Position numbers and translations under genes: made by a program
Part shown: positions 37,964-49,758 of the stretch, piece by piece
Layout: each line of letters opens with the position of its first letter
Position numbering within the stretch: position 1 is the first letter of the stretch
Notes under the pieces: generated by a model
What the model saw: only the letters and a program-made list of their open reading frames with translations
What the model was told of the DNA's origin: nothing
Database searches by the model: none
Assembly: GCA_965263355.1 (NCBI GenBank)
Contig: CBDHHL010000032.1
Coordinates: 3,040,001 to 3,104,000 of the forward strand
DNA length: 64,000 nucleotides
From: Leptolyngbyaceae cyanobacterium
Lineage (GTDB): Bacteria; Cyanobacteriota; Cyanobacteriia; Phormidesmidales; Phormidesmidaceae
Direction: 5' to 3'

Positions 37964-38449
37964 ATCGTACAGAAACATCGAATTAACCGCCAGATTAAAG
38001 CTCCGCAAGTGTTGCTAATTGACCATGAAAACAATAACCGTGGTCTGACTGACACAAAGGATGCATTGAAGCTGGCTGAGGAAGTAGAGTTAGATTTAGT
38101 TCTAGTCTCTGAAAGTAAGCAAGCTCCTGTGGCGAAAATACTGGACTATGGTAAGTTTCAGTATCAGCAAAAGAAGCGCCAAAAGCAGAGTGCTCGCACC
38201 ACAGTTAAAGAGGTGAAGCTTCGCCCTAATGTTGGTGAGTCTGATTATCAGCTGCGTATTACCCAAGCGATTCAGTGGTTAGGTAAGGGAGATTCCGTTA
38301 AGTTTCGGGTGCGTCTGCGAGGACGAGAGCATCAGCATCGCGATCGCGCACTGGAATTATTGGAACGGATTGTTAAAGATCTTAAAGAGGCTGGTAAGAT
38401 CCAGTCGTTTGATCGGCGGGCGCTTGTTTTGCAACTAATGCCAGCGTAG
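37964..38449 (+). CDS. infC: Translation initiation factor IF-3, non-canonical ATC start
   Basis: The frame extends upstream of the track's GTG 38009 as (I)VQKHRINRQIKAPQV. GAGGG lies 8 nt before ATC 37964. Motifs LDLVLV, AKILDYGKFQY, VKEVKLRP, GDSVK, RGRE. Confidence 0.9.
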   Translation: MVQKHRINRQIKAPQVLLIDHENNNRGLTDTKDALKLAEEVELDLVLVSESKQAPVAKILDYGKFQYQQKKRQKQSARTTVKEVKLRPNVGESDYQLRITQAIQWLGKGDSVKFRVRLRGREHQHRDRALELLERIVKDLKEAGKIQSFDRRALVLQLMPA

Positions 38450-38480
38450 CAGACTATTAATTTTTTATTGTTTGATTCTA

Positions 38481-38508
38481 TAGGCCATTGTTGTATGACA
38501 ATGGCCTA
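38481..38508. terminator. Hairpin between convergent genes
   Basis: taggccattgt-tgtatg-acaatggccta. Confidence 0.65.
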
Positions 38509-38829
38509 CGTTTGTTCATGCTGTTGCACCATAGTTTCGATATCTTGGGCTGCGACTTTGAGGTCGTCAGCGCTAAGACTGGTAGTGATTGGGTAGTGCC
38601 GATCATCAAGCTGAGTGTAAACCGTAATGGTGAGTTGTTCTAAGGGTTGGCTATTAGACGCCAAATGTGTAGACAGTTGAGAAGCTACCTGGGTGAGGAC
38701 ATCGATCAAACTGGAACGATGGGCCTGAACAGTAAAAATACCAGGTTCCCACTGGGCAATATCCTCAGTGCCCAAGTTCTCAGACTGGGTGGTAAAGCGT
38801 TTGATTTGGTTGATGGCTGGATGCGCCAT
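38506..38829 (-). CDS. Hypothetical protein
   Basis: 107 aa from ATG 38829 (MAHPAINQIKRF...); the ORF is open to 38955. No motif recognised. Confidence 0.55.
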   Translation of the reverse strand: MAHPAINQIKRFTTQSENLGTEDIAQWEPGIFTVQAHRSSLIDVLTQVASQLSTHLASNSQPLEQLTITVYTQLDDRHYPITTSLSADDLKVAAQDIETMVQQHEQT

Positions 38830-39030
38830 CAATGTGAGAAAAAGTTGCGAAGTAATGTTGTCGGTAGGAGTAGGCAGTTGGCTAGCAAAGTCGAACGTTA
38901 ACCATAGAAAATGGAGCGGCCTAGGTGACTTGTTGGCATTCTCTTGTGTGGACACAGGTCAGTCCTTTTAGGTGAGTGATTTATGATACCAGTCAATGGG
39001 CTTTCTTTTTACGTTGGTTGGTCTCATAAC

Positions 39031-39062
39031 AAAAACCACTCCTAACAAAGCAGGAGTGGTTC
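39031..39062 (-). terminator. Rho-independent terminator of htpX
   Basis: Minus strand: aaaccactcct-gctttgtt-aggagtggttttt. Confidence 0.7.
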
Positions 39063-39123
39063 AACAAGATGTTTTGATTGTCTCCTCTTACTTTTGAAGG
39101 AAGGAAGGAAGAGGAATTTGTCG

Positions 39124-39987
39124 TTAAGCAACTATTAACTCTTTTTCAAGTTCTAAGAGGCGCTCAACCCGTTTGTCTGTTGCTGGGTGGGTAGAAAATA
39201 ATCCGCTAAACATTTGCTTAGGGACAGCATGCATAATCATCAAGGGCTCATAGGCTGGATTACCCGCCATGGGCATTTGGCGAGCGCTGGTTTCGAGACG
39301 CTTAAGGGCATTCGCCAGGGCACGAGGGTTACCAGTGAGCTTCGCAGCGCCAGCATCGGCGGCAAATTCGCGGGTGCGGCTAATGCCAAGTTGAATTACA
39401 GTAGCCGCCATCGGGGCCAGAATCAGTGTGGCCATCAGAGCTAGAGGATTGGGTCCATCCTCGTCGCTAGAGCCCCCCATGCCGCCAAACCACATGGAGT
39501 ATTGCAGTATCTGGGCTAGAAATGCGATCGCACCCGCAATCGTTGCAGCCACTGCCTGGGTGAGGGTATCGCGGTTTATGATATGGCTCAGCTCATGGGC
39601 GATAACACCTTCCAGCTCATCGGCGGGGAGCATTTTCATAATGCCTTGGGTAACGGCAACCGCTGCATGTTCAGGGTCGCGACCGGTGGCAAAGGCATTG
39701 GCCGACTCAGTAGGCAGCATATAAACCCCAGGAACTGGCATATCAGCTTTTTCGGCTAGCTTTTCTACCATGGCGTACAGTTGGGGCTGCTCTTCTTTAC
39801 TCACCGGTTGGGCTCGGTGGGCAGCCAGGGCAATCTTATCGGAGTAAAACCATGAGCCCAGATTGGTCACGGCTGCAATTAAGATGCCAAACATGACACC
39901 ACCTGTGCCGCCCAGGATGTAATAGCTAATGCTAATGAGTAGAGCGCTCAAAACGCTCAGTAGTACAAGAGTTTTAAATTGGTTCAT
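39124..39987 (-). CDS. htpX: Zinc metalloprotease HtpX
   Basis: NAFATGRDP, VIAHELSH, ISRTREFAAD, FSTHP. Confidence 0.95.
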   Translation of the reverse strand: MNQFKTLVLLSVLSALLISISYYILGGTGGVMFGILIAAVTNLGSWFYSDKIALAAHRAQPVSKEEQPQLYAMVEKLAEKADMPVPGVYMLPTESANAFATGRDPEHAAVAVTQGIMKMLPADELEGVIAHELSHIINRDTLTQAVAATIAGAIAFLAQILQYSMWFGGMGGSSDEDGPNPLALMATLILAPMAATVIQLGISRTREFAADAGAAKLTGNPRALANALKRLETSARQMPMAGNPAYEPLMIMHAVPKQMFSGLFSTHPATDKRVERLLELEKELIVA

Positions 39988-40160
39988 ACTATCTCAACCC
40001 TTTGATTTTGCCATTACGCTTATAGTACTGAGAAAAGCTGAGACGGGACAGGGATGGCAATCCGCACTATGACCGAACAGTTATCGATAGGCCGTAATAA
40101 GGTGGGCTGAAATTGTAGATAAATCTATAGTTGTAGGTAACTCTATGTCTATCTGGATCT

Positions 40161-42257
40161 TTGTATTTCGTTACTCACTGTAGGAGGTTTGTGTTAGTGA
40201 TTAATCGATGGGGAATGGCAGTAATGGCACTGGCACTGTTTGCAACACCACTGGCTGCCAAAGAGCCGTCGTTAGAAACTTCACAGCAAGCTGAGGAAGC
40301 TCAGCCTGAATTATCTGAGTCAACTGTTGACGTGACTGAACTCAAGGCATCCCTTGAAGAGTTGTTGCCTCAGTCTGCACCGCCACCCCCAATAATTACT
40401 AACATCCTGCCTGCAGATACTCCGGCAGCCATCATTGTGAATACCCGTGAGGATGCCTGGGCCACACTTAAGCAATATGCGCTGTTTTCTCAGCTGAGTC
40501 AGGCGTTTGGGACAGAGCCAAGCCCCCAAGCACTGCCCTTACTGCCGTTGGGGATGAACTATGAGGCAAATGTGCAGCCATGGATTGGGGATGGTGTTGC
40601 GATCGCGTTATTGCCCGTGCCTAGTGTGCGGACGATCAATCCCGTAGAACGACTGGTCACTATCCTGCCTATTAATGATGCAGCTGCTTTTGTCGACTTT
40701 ATTCCCACTCTCGCAGAAGCGTTTGCAGAATTACCTGAACAGCACTCATACCGCACATTTCCTATTTGGCATTGGCCCTCAGAGTTTGTTCCCTACGAAG
40801 AATTTTCTTGGGAGGATGTGCCAGAAGATACAGACCTCGAAGAGTTTCCTGCACCCGAACCGGTTGAACTGTCTCCTCACCCCTTATCTCCTCCGAGCAT
40901 TCTTAACCCCTCCCGTTCCTATCGTCAACCCGAACCTCCCTATATTTACATTCCCGATCCTAACGCCCCCTATGCAGCCGATGGCTACACTATTCCCGGC
41001 TATGCTGTTGCTCATTTGGGGAACTACATTGTCGCTGCCGAGAATATGGACAGTTTGCGACAATGGATTGAGTACCAGACCCAGGGTGGCCCGACGCTAA
41101 CCAGTAACCCTAATTTCGAGAAAACTCAAAATCATCCCCAGGCCCAAACGAGTTTGGCGACTGTGTATGGTAACTTAGGTCAGCTGCTCAATTTTGAATT
41201 TAGTAATCCATTTCAGAGCTTCGGGTTGCCTCCGATTCCTCAGCCGAGTCTCAGTGAGCGGGCGGCTATATCGAGCGCGTTCAGCAACGTTACCTTTGAT
41301 GCCCTGATTTATCCTGATGTCAAAGGCATGCATCTGGAAGCACATCTATATACTGAGGGGGTACTACCCGACTTGCCCCCGTCCCCCAATGCTGACCACT
41401 CTATTTTGGGCTTGATTCCAGCAGCGACATATTTAATGGGCAGTGGGTATGATATCAGCGGGTTTTGGAATGATATATCATCGGCGTTTTCCTTAAATGA
41501 TGTGTCGGGAGGCTTGATTGAGACGGCCCGTTCGATTGTGGCGCTAACCACGGGGTTAGATTTAGACACAGATATTTTGGGATGGATGGATGGAGAATAC
41601 AGCCTATTTTTCTTCCCCAGTCGTTTTGGCCTGTTGAATTCGTTTTTCCCCGGTGTGGGCCTTGAAGCTGGGGTCTTGCTGGAAACTAGCAATCGTTCAG
41701 CGGCTGAAATCGCTTTAGATGCTCTGGATAATGTGGTGGGTGAAGAGGTGGCGCTGCCTGCACAAATAGCAGAACACTCAGTCATCAACTGGCAATATGA
41801 TATTAACGGTGATGGCCAAAAAGAGAGTGTCCTGGCCCATACTTGGGTGACAGACGATACGTTAGCCTTTACCAGTGGCAATGGTGCCATGGAGCGTCTG
41901 GTCGTGCCTGCAGGGTTTCACTCGTTGAGTAGTCACAGTACATTTCGTAATGCGACGGAAGGTTTCCCTACCCCCAACAATGGTTATGTATACGTCAATG
42001 CAAGTTCCACACTGTCATTTTTTTACAACCTATTTGGCTTTAATCAGGCAACCGACCCTTGGGCTGCAGATGTTCGTAGCTACTTTGGCACCATTCGTAG
42101 CTTTAGCTTTAGTACTTCCAGTAGTGCGCAACAGTTTCAGATGGATGCATTACTTGGGTTAGCAGCCAGTGAGCCAACTCAAGAAGATGTTGAAGAAGAG
42201 AGTTTTGAAGAGGACAAGACTCTGGAAGAAGACGTTGAAGGAGACATGAGCCCTTAG
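40161..42257 (+). CDS. DUF3352-type exported protein
   Basis: Signal-like segment (likely start ATG 40215), VQPWIGD, GLDLDTDILGWMDGEY, F..A...FP.PNNGYVYVN. Confidence 0.75.
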   Translation: MYFVTHCRRFVLVINRWGMAVMALALFATPLAAKEPSLETSQQAEEAQPELSESTVDVTELKASLEELLPQSAPPPPIITNILPADTPAAIIVNTREDAWATLKQYALFSQLSQAFGTEPSPQALPLLPLGMNYEANVQPWIGDGVAIALLPVPSVRTINPVERLVTILPINDAAAFVDFIPTLAEAFAELPEQHSYRTFPIWHWPSEFVPYEEFSWEDVPEDTDLEEFPAPEPVELSPHPLSPPSILNPSRSYRQPEPPYIYIPDPNAPYAADGYTIPGYAVAHLGNYIVAAENMDSLRQWIEYQTQGGPTLTSNPNFEKTQNHPQAQTSLATVYGNLGQLLNFEFSNPFQSFGLPPIPQPSLSERAAISSAFSNVTFDALIYPDVKGMHLEAHLYTEGVLPDLPPSPNADHSILGLIPAATYLMGSGYDISGFWNDISSAFSLNDVSGGLIETARSIVALTTGLDLDTDILGWMDGEYSLFFFPSRFGLLNSFFPGVGLEAGVLLETSNRSAAEIALDALDNVVGEEVALPAQIAEHSVINWQYDINGDGQKESVLAHTWVTDDTLAFTSGNGAMERLVVPAGFHSLSSHSTFRNATEGFPTPNNGYVYVNASSTLSFFYNLFGFNQATDPWAADVRSYFGTIRSFSFSTSSSAQQFQMDALLGLAASEPTQEDVEEESFEEDKTLEEDVEGDMSP

Positions 42258-42315
42258 TAAACTATGTTGGGTGTGAATGCTATGGCCCAACTGCCTCAAG
42301 AAAATCTCCATAAAA

Positions 42316-42380
42316 ACGCTATTACCACTGATATCAGTGGTAATAGCGTAATTCAAAACTTAAAACTCAAAATTAAAAAC
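42316..42380. repeat. Perfect 34-bp palindrome followed by four degenerate heptamers (STRR-like)
   Basis: acgctattaccactgat|atcagtggtaatagcgt (42316-42349); tcaaaac ttaaaac tcaaaat taaaaac (42353-42380). Confidence 0.85.
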
Positions 42381-42391
42381 TTTCTCTTTCT

Positions 42392-42604
42392 CTAATAGCT
42401 TTCATCGCCGTCAACATTTTTTAAGGCCAGTAGATGATTAGCTTGTTGCAAACGCTCTGCAATATTTTGGCGCATGGTTTCATTCACTGTGGGGTCTGCT
42501 AATACGGCTTGGGCGAGTTGTCGATAACGAGCACTGGTAACAATATCGACTTTCTCCAAGTCATTTAGGTTCTCATAAACCGTTTTTGGTGAAGGCTTTT
42601 CCAT
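42392..42604 (-). CDS. Small hypothetical protein
   Basis: 70 aa from ATG 42604, with AAAGGAG RBS upstream. Confidence 0.65.
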   Translation of the reverse strand: MEKPSPKTVYENLNDLEKVDIVTSARYRQLAQAVLADPTVNETMRQNIAERLQQANHLLALKNVDGDESY

Positions 42605-43063
42605 AGGACTCCTTTGGTCAGGCATAGCTGACCTGGTAGCTAGTGATACTATTGTGCTCGAAACTTTGATAGACAATATGACAGCGCATGTTTACAACAG
42701 AAAACCATAGGGTTTAGATCATTTCGTAGTAAAACTTAAACTTTTGTCAGCAGAATAATACTTCCTCTTGTCGGCAGCCTATGCTTGGTCATGGCAATTT
42801 TAAGGAAATCCTAAGAGAGCTTGGTTGAGACAGTTGACAGGGAAGCTTTTGTGCTGCTGAACACAATCGTAATAATTTGACAGTTTTGTTAAGGGATTGT
42901 CCAAAAAAGCTTTTGTGTTGGAAAATATAGACCCTTGGTCGAGTTATCTTGTAGCGATTGTTGAAACGGTTTGCACGTTGTCTGTTTCCCGAATCTACGC
43001 TAAGCTAACCGCCCTAGGAATTCTCGTCAATGATGCGCGTTCGCTAACAATTACTTCACTTCT

Positions 43064-46000
43064 ATGACTACCCACCGATTGCCTGTTAAACAGGGTTTAT
43101 ATGATCCCCAATTTGAGCATGATGCGTGTGGAGTGGGGTTTGTCGTGCAAATGAAGGGACTAGCCTCCCATGAAATTGTAGGGCAGGGTTTAAAGATTCT
43201 CTGTAACTTAGAACATCGTGGGGCTTGTGGTAGCGAAGTAAACACAGGTGATGGAGCAGGTATCTTAGTGCAACTGCCCCACAAGTTTTTGCAAAAGGTG
43301 GCGACAGTAGAGGGCTTTACTTTGCCTGGCCCAGGGCAGTATGGTGCGGGACTGATTTTCACCTCTCCAGAACCATCTGTACGAATGGAGAGTCGGCGTC
43401 GGTTTGAGTCGGTGGTGGCTCAAATGGGACAAAAGGTTTTGGGGTGGCGTGATGTGCCCACCGACAATAGCTCCCTGGGGGCGACAGCACAGGTCAGTGA
43501 GCCTTTTATGCAGCATGTGTTCATTGAGCGCTCAGCTGACCTGGAAGATGACTTATCCTTTGAACGGAAGCTCTACGTTATCCGTAAGCTAGCGTATAAC
43601 TCTATTGGTAAGTCTGGTCATGATAGCTATTGGTATCTAGCTAGTTTGTCATGCCGCACTATGGTTTATAAGGGCATGTTGACCCCACCTCAGGTAAGAG
43701 ACTTTTTCCTAGATCTCAGTGATCCTGACTTTGAAAGTGCGCTTGCCCTGGTCCATTCTCGCTTTAGCACCAATACATTTCCCAGCTGGGAGCGGTCTCA
43801 TCCCTATCGCTACATCGCTCATAACGGTGAGATCAATACGATGCGCGGCAATATTAATTGGATGGTAGCCCGACAGTCGATGTTCGAGTCAGAGCTTTTT
43901 GGTGATGACATGGCTAAGGTAAAGCCGGTTATCAATATCAATGGTAGCGACTCAACCATTTTTGATAATGCTTTGGAGTTGCTGGTGTTGGCAGGTCGGT
44001 CGTTGCCCCATGCGGTGATGATGATGATCCCTGAGCCTTGGACTGGGCATGAGTCTATGGATGATGTCAGCAAAGCATTTTATGAATACCATGCCTGCTT
44101 GATGGAGCCTTGGGATGGCCCGGCATCGGTGGCATTTACCGATGGATCTATGATTGGGGCGGTGTTAGACCGCAATGGTTTACGTCCGTCTCGTTACTAC
44201 GTGACCAAGGATGACCGGGTGATTATGGCCTCAGAAGCAGGAGTGCTACCTGTGGAGCCGGAGCAGGTCCTAGAGAAGGGGCGTTTGCAGCCAGGACGGA
44301 TGTTCCTTGTGGATATGGCAGCTGGCCGGATTATTGGTGATGAAGAGCTGAAGTCAGAGATTGTTGGTGCCCAGCCGTATCGTCAGTGGTTAGACCAGTA
44401 TCAGCTCAAGTTGGAAAACTTACCTGTAAAGCCCTCACTGGCTGAAGCGGCTAATGGGACGTTGCGGCAGCGCCAGATGGCTTTTGGCTATACCTTTGAA
44501 GAGCTGCGGATGTTGTTGACGCCGATGGCTCAAAATGGTGTTGAAGCCATTGGCTCCATGGGCACTGATACACCACTGGCGGTGCTGTCAGATAAGCCAA
44601 AACTACTGTATGACTACTTTCAGCAGTTATTTGCCCAGGTTACCAATCCTCCCATTGACTCAATTCGTGAGGCAATTATTACGTCAGCAGTAACGACGGT
44701 GGGTTCGGAACGTAACCTGTTGGATCCTCAACCGGAGAGCTGTCGGTTGATTCAGCTGAAAACACCGATCATCAGTAACGGGGATCTGGCTAAGCTGCAA
44801 AATATTGATGAACCGGGGTTTGAGTCTCTCACATTGCCGATTTTGTTTGATCCAAAGTCGGGAGCAGAAGGGCTAGAGTCGGCGATGGAGTCAATTTGTA
44901 GTCAGGTGGACGAAGCGATTGTTGCTGGTGTCAACCTGATCATTCTTTCTGATCGTGGTATCGGTGCGACCCATGCTCCTATACCTGCTCTTTTAGCTGT
45001 TTCAGGTCTTCACCACCATCTCATTCGTACGGGGACTCGGACTCGTATCGGTATTATTCTTGAATCTGGAGAGCCCCGCGAAGTGCATCACTTTGCTGTG
45101 CTGCTTGGGTATGGCTGTAGTGCTGTTAATCCTTACCTAGCCTTCGAAACTCTGGACAATATGATTGCTGACGGCATGCTGGTGGATATTCAGCTTGAAG
45201 ATGCCTGTAAAAATTACATCAAGGCGGTGACCAAAGGCACTATCAAGATCGCCTCAAAAATTGGTATCTCTACTTTGCAAAGCTATCGAGGGGCGCAGAT
45301 TTTTGAAGCGATTGGTCTCAACCAAAACGTGATTGATAAGTACTTTACCTGGACGGCATCGCGGATTGAAGGGATCGGTGTAGAGGTAATTGCTAAAGAG
45401 GCGATTATGCGCCATGGCCATGGCTTTGCTGAGCGGCGAGATATTCCTGTGTTGGATGTGGGCGGTGACTACCAATGGCGTAAAGATGGAGAAGCCCACC
45501 TGTTTAATCCAGATACTATTCATACGCTGCAACAAGCTGTGCGTTCAGGTGATTATGAAACTTACAAGCGCTATGCCAGCCTGGTAAATGATCAAACTAA
45601 GCAACACTTCACCCTACGGGGACTGTTGGAGTTTAAAGACCGACAGCCTATACCTATCGATGAAGTAGAGCCTATTGAAGCAATTACCCGGCGCTTCAAA
45701 ACAGGAGCAATGAGTTATGGTTCTATTTCTAAAGAGGCTCATGAATCATTAGCTATTGCCATGAATCGGATTGGCGGCAAGTCCAACACTGGTGAAGGTG
45801 GGGAAGACCCTGAACGATTTACCTGGACCAATGAGCGAGGAGATTCTAAAAACAGTGCTATCAAACAGGTGGCCTCAGGTCGCTTTGGAGTGACTAGTCT
45901 ATATCTCTCCCAAGCAAAAGAGCTTCAGATTAAGATGGCTCAAGGTGCTAAGCCTGGTGAAGGTGGCCAGTTGCCAGGTAAGAAAGTCTATCCCTGGATT

Positions 46001-47650
46001 GCCAAGGTGCGTCACTCCACGCCAGGTGTGGGACTAATCTCTCCACCACCACACCATGACATTTACTCCATTGAAGATTTGGCAGAGCTGATTCATGATC
46101 TGAAAAATGCAAATCGTTCTGCTCGGATTAACGTCAAACTGGTATCTGAAGTCGGTGTAGGTACTATTGCCGCTGGTGTGGCCAAGGCTCACGCGGATGT
46201 GGTGCTGATTTCTGGTTTTGACGGCGGTACGGGAGCGTCTCCTCAGACGTCGATTAAACACGCTGGTTTGCCCTGGGAGTTGGGGTTGGCAGAAACTCAT
46301 CAAACGTTAGTGCTGAATAATCTGCGCAGCCGGATTGTGGTGGAAACTGATGGCCAGATGAAAACGGGGCGTGATGTAGTGATGGCTGCACTACTCGGGG
46401 CAGAGGAGTTTGGCTTTTCCACAGCACCTTTAGTCTCCCTGGGCTGTATCATGATGCGTGTATGTCAAAAAAATACTTGCCCTGCTGGGATTGCGACTCA
46501 AGATCCAGGCTTACGTAAGAGCTTTGTCGGGGAGCCTGAGCACGTTGTTAACTTTATGCAGTTTATTGCCCAGGATGTACGGGAGATAATGGCTCAATTA
46601 GGTGTGCGCACATTTGATGAACTAGTGGGACATACTGATTGGTTAAATGTGAAGGCAGCGGTTGACCATTGGAAGGCTAAGGGTGTAGATCTCTCTAAGG
46701 TTCTGGAGCAGCCTGAGGTAGATGACAGTGTTGGGCGTTACTGCCAGATCCCTCAGGATCATGGTCTGGATAAATCTTTAGATATCACTACCTTGCTGGA
46801 TTTATGTCAGCCTGCTATTGAGAAAGGTGAGAAAGTCAGTGCCACATTACCCATCTGTAATGTTAACCGGGTAGTTGGCACGATTCTTGGCAATGAGATT
46901 ACTAAGCAACACTGGGAAGGCTTGCCGGAAGATACAGTGCATCTCACCTTCCAAGGCAGTGCTGGTCAGAGTTTTGGTGCGTTTGTTCCTGCTGGTGTCA
47001 CCTTAGAGCTGGAAGGAGATGGTAATGATTATTTGGGTAAAGGCTTGAGTGGTGGCAAGATTGTTGTCTATCCTCCCAAAGCGTCTACGTTTAGGCCTGA
47101 AGATAACATTATTATTGGCAATGTTGCTTTCTATGGTGCAACTGGTGGTGAAGCCTACGTCTATGGCATGGCGGGAGAGCGGTTTTGTGTGCGTAACTCC
47201 GGTGTTCATGCTGTGGTAGAGGCGGTGGGCGATCACGGGTGTGAATATATGACCGGTGGTAAGGTAGTGATTTTGGGGTCCACGGGGCGCAATTTTGCGG
47301 CTGGTATGAGTGGTGGTATCGCTTATGTGCTCGATGAAGTAGGTGACTTTGCCACGCGCTGCAACACAGAAATGGTGGACTTAGAGCGTTTGGAAGAAGC
47401 GGAAGAGATTGCTGATTTGCGAGAGATGATTGCTAAACACCATGGTTATACTGGCAGTCTTAAAGCACAAACAGTTCTGGATGCCTGGGACGGTTTCTTG
47501 CCCAAATTTGTCAAGGTGATTCCTCGAGATTATAAGCGAGTAATTCAGTCTCTTCGGCAGGCGTTGCAGGATGGTCTCAGTGGTGACGATGCTTTGTCGG
47601 CAGCATTTGAAGCAAATATCAAAGACGTTGCCCGTGTAGGTGGCAATTAG
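43064..47650 (+). CDS. gltB: Glutamate synthase large subunit
   Basis: EHDACGVGF (N-terminal Cys nucleophile), [43 protein letters not shown]. Paired with gltD, so NAD(P)H-type. Confidence 0.97.
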   Translation: MTTHRLPVKQGLYDPQFEHDACGVGFVVQMKGLASHEIVGQGLKILCNLEHRGACGSEVNTGDGAGILVQLPHKFLQKVATVEGFTLPGPGQYGAGLIFTSPEPSVRMESRRRFESVVAQMGQKVLGWRDVPTDNSSLGATAQVSEPFMQHVFIERSADLEDDLSFERKLYVIRKLAYNSIGKSGHDSYWYLASLSCRTMVYKGMLTPPQVRDFFLDLSDPDFESALALVHSRFSTNTFPSWERSHPYRYIAHNGEINTMRGNINWMVARQSMFESELFGDDMAKVKPVININGSDSTIFDNALELLVLAGRSLPHAVMMMIPEPWTGHESMDDVSKAFYEYHACLMEPWDGPASVAFTDGSMIGAVLDRNGLRPSRYYVTKDDRVIMASEAGVLPVEPEQVLEKGRLQPGRMFLVDMAAGRIIGDEELKSEIVGAQPYRQWLDQYQLKLENLPVKPSLAEAANGTLRQRQMAFGYTFEELRMLLTPMAQNGVEAIGSMGTDTPLAVLSDKPKLLYDYFQQLFAQVTNPPIDSIREAIITSAVTTVGSERNLLDPQPESCRLIQLKTPIISNGDLAKLQNIDEPGFESLTLPILFDPKSGAEGLESAMESICSQVDEAIVAGVNLIILSDRGIGATHAPIPALLAVSGLHHHLIRTGTRTRIGIILESGEPREVHHFAVLLGYGCSAVNPYLAFETLDNMIADGMLVDIQLEDACKNYIKAVTKGTIKIASKIGISTLQSYRGAQIFEAIGLNQNVIDKYFTWTASRIEGIGVEVIAKEAIMRHGHGFAERRDIPVLDVGGDYQWRKDGEAHLFNPDTIHTLQQAVRSGDYETYKRYASLVNDQTKQHFTLRGLLEFKDRQPIPIDEVEPIEAITRRFKTGAMSYGSISKEAHESLAIAMNRIGGKSNTGEGGEDPERFTWTNERGDSKNSAIKQVASGRFGVTSLYLSQAKELQIKMAQGAKPGEGGQLPGKKVYPWIAKVRHSTPGVGLISPPPHHDIYSIEDLAELIHDLKNANRSARINVKLVSEVGVGTIAAGVAKAHADVVLISGFDGGTGASPQTSIKHAGLPWELGLAETHQTLVLNNLRSRIVVETDGQMKTGRDVVMAALLGAEEFGFSTAPLVSLGCIMMRVCQKNTCPAGIATQDPGLRKSFVGEPEHVVNFMQFIAQDVREIMAQLGVRTFDELVGHTDWLNVKAAVDHWKAKGVDLSKVLEQPEVDDSVGRYCQIPQDHGLDKSLDITTLLDLCQPAIEKGEKVSATLPICNVNRVVGTILGNEITKQHWEGLPEDTVHLTFQGSAGQSFGAFVPAGVTLELEGDGNDYLGKGLSGGKIVVYPPKASTFRPEDNIIIGNVAFYGATGGEAYVYGMAGERFCVRNSGVHAVVEAVGDHGCEYMTGGKVVILGSTGRNFAAGMSGGIAYVLDEVGDFATRCNTEMVDLERLEEAEEIADLREMIAKHHGYTGSLKAQTVLDAWDGFLPKFVKVIPRDYKRVIQSLRQALQDGLSGDDALSAAFEANIKDVARVGGN

Positions 47651-47736
47651 TAATAAATATCGAGGGGTGGTGGGCCGTGCCCATTACACAAGGTTCAAAA
47701 TTCACGACACACAATTCATAATTTACGATTTCTCCC

Positions 47737-49221
47737 ATGGGTAAACCAACAGGCTTTCTCGAATATACTCGCGAAATTGCACCGGATGTCTCGCCGTTAA
47801 TGCGTATCAAGCACTGGCAAGAGTTTCATACGCCATTGCCAGAGCAGAAACTGCGTAACCAAACCGCTCGCTGTATGGACTGTGGGACGCCGTTCTGTCA
47901 TACAGGTAATACCATTAATCGCATGGCTAGCGGCTGTCCTATCAACAATCTCATTCCTGAGTGGAATGATTTGGTATATCGAGGGCTGTGGAAAGAAGCG
48001 TTAGACCGGTTACATAAAACTAACAACTTTCCTGAGTTTACTGGGCGGGTATGTCCTGCACCCTGTGAGGGTGCCTGTGTATTGGGTATCCACAATCCAC
48101 CGGTAACGATTAAAAATATTGAGCACGCCATTATCGATAAGGGTTGGGAAGAAGGCTGGGTAGTTGCTGAACCACCAGTCAATCGGACGGGTAAAACTGT
48201 CGCTGTTGTTGGATCGGGGCCTGCAGGTCTGTCAGCGGCAGCTCAATTAAATAAAGCGGGACATTTGGTTACTGTTTATGAGCGAGCGGATCGACCTGGC
48301 GGATTGTTGATGTACGGCATTCCTAATATGAAGTTAGAGAAAGAGGCCGTGGTGATGCGCCGTCTCAAGCTGATGGAGCAGGAAGGAATTCGGTTTATTT
48401 GTAATACTGAAATTGGTCAGGATTTGCCTGCTGAACAGCTCGTGGAAGAATACGATGCGGTGATCCTTTGTACGGGGGCGACTCGACCACGGGATTTGCC
48501 CATTGAGGGACGGGATGCTCAGGGGATTCACTTTGCTATGGAGTTTTTGACGAAAAATACTCAGGCGGTGATCGACCCGACTCAAAATGAGCATGTGATT
48601 TCTGCGGCAGGCAAAGATGTGGTGATTATTGGTGGGGGTGACACGGGCACGGACTGTGTGGGTACGTCGATTCGTCATGGTTGTACCAGTGTGACTCAGC
48701 TAGAAATTATGCCAAAGCCACCCATGGAGCGTGCTGTCAATAATCCTTGGCCCGAATGGCCCAAGGTTTATCGTATGGATTATGGTCAGGAAGAGGCGGC
48801 AGCCAAGTTTGGTGGTGACCCACGAGCTTATCTTTCTACAGCGAATAAGTTTGAGCTAGATGATGATGGCCATGTTAAGGCTATTCAGATTGTAGATATC
48901 GCTTGGGAAAAAGATGAGAATGGTCGTTTCCAAATGCAAAAAGTGACGGGTTCTGAGCGCATGATTCCGGCTCAGCTGGTGTTGCTCGCTATGGGTTTTC
49001 TGGGACCAGAGCAGCCACTGATTGATGCTCTGGGGCTGGATCAGGATGGCCGCAGTAATATTCAGGCGGAGTATAACCAGTATGTGACTAGTATGCCTGG
49101 GGTGTTTGCGGCGGGTGATTGCCGTCGGGGACAAAGCCTTGTAGTGTGGGCGCTTAATGAAGGTCGTGGGGTGGCCCGGGAATGCGATCGCTACCTAATG
49201 GGTCACACAGATTTGCCATAA
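47737..49221 (+). CDS. gltD: Glutamate synthase small subunit
   Basis: [57 protein letters not shown]. Confidence 0.97.
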   Translation: MGKPTGFLEYTREIAPDVSPLMRIKHWQEFHTPLPEQKLRNQTARCMDCGTPFCHTGNTINRMASGCPINNLIPEWNDLVYRGLWKEALDRLHKTNNFPEFTGRVCPAPCEGACVLGIHNPPVTIKNIEHAIIDKGWEEGWVVAEPPVNRTGKTVAVVGSGPAGLSAAAQLNKAGHLVTVYERADRPGGLLMYGIPNMKLEKEAVVMRRLKLMEQEGIRFICNTEIGQDLPAEQLVEEYDAVILCTGATRPRDLPIEGRDAQGIHFAMEFLTKNTQAVIDPTQNEHVISAAGKDVVIIGGGDTGTDCVGTSIRHGCTSVTQLEIMPKPPMERAVNNPWPEWPKVYRMDYGQEEAAAKFGGDPRAYLSTANKFELDDDGHVKAIQIVDIAWEKDENGRFQMQKVTGSERMIPAQLVLLAMGFLGPEQPLIDALGLDQDGRSNIQAEYNQYVTSMPGVFAAGDCRRGQSLVVWALNEGRGVARECDRYLMGHTDLP

Positions 49222-49289
49222 ACATGAACAATCAGTGAGAGGGTATACAATCTTAAGGGCAAACTTGATGTGTAAGCTTTTAAGATTCA

Positions 49290-49754
49290 ATGACATTGCA
49301 AGTTGGTGATCCAGCTCCTGACTTTAGTTTGGCTGATGCAGACGGAAATACCGTCAGTCTGGCGGACCTAAGTGGGAAGCGTGTAGTGCTATATTTTTAT
49401 CCCCGTGATAATACCCCTGGGTGCACAAAAGAGGCCTGTGCCTTTCGAGATAACTATGATGCCTACCAGGCAAAAGACGTAGTTGTTTTAGGCGTCAGTG
49501 CCGATGATGCAAAGTCCCATCAAAAATTTATCACTAAGCACGACTTGCCATTTCCATTGCTAGTGGATGAAGACGCTAAAGTTGCCACAGCCTATGGTAG
49601 CTACGGTCTGAAAAAGTTTATGGGCAAAGAATACATGGGTATTAGTCGTAGTACCTTTGTGATTAGCCCTGATGGGAATTTAGAAAAAATTTATCGCAAA
49701 GTGAAAGCCGAGAAACATCCAGTTGAACTGCTTTCTGACCTCGACGAGCTGTGA
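49290..49754 (+). CDS. bcp: Peroxiredoxin Q / BCP
   Basis: LYFYPRDNTPGCTKEAC. Confidence 0.95.
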   Translation: MTLQVGDPAPDFSLADADGNTVSLADLSGKRVVLYFYPRDNTPGCTKEACAFRDNYDAYQAKDVVVLGVSADDAKSHQKFITKHDLPFPLLVDEDAKVATAYGSYGLKKFMGKEYMGISRSTFVISPDGNLEKIYRKVKAEKHPVELLSDLDEL

Positions 49755-49758
49755 ACCC

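Noticed and set aside
41309..41890. Long antisense ORFs (this one, 56164-56697, 61557-62045, 7253-7678 and similar)
   Set aside because: They are shadows of well-supported genes on the opposite strand.
42680..43063. NtcA site upstream of gltB
   Set aside because: No GTA-N8-TAC match was found by eye.
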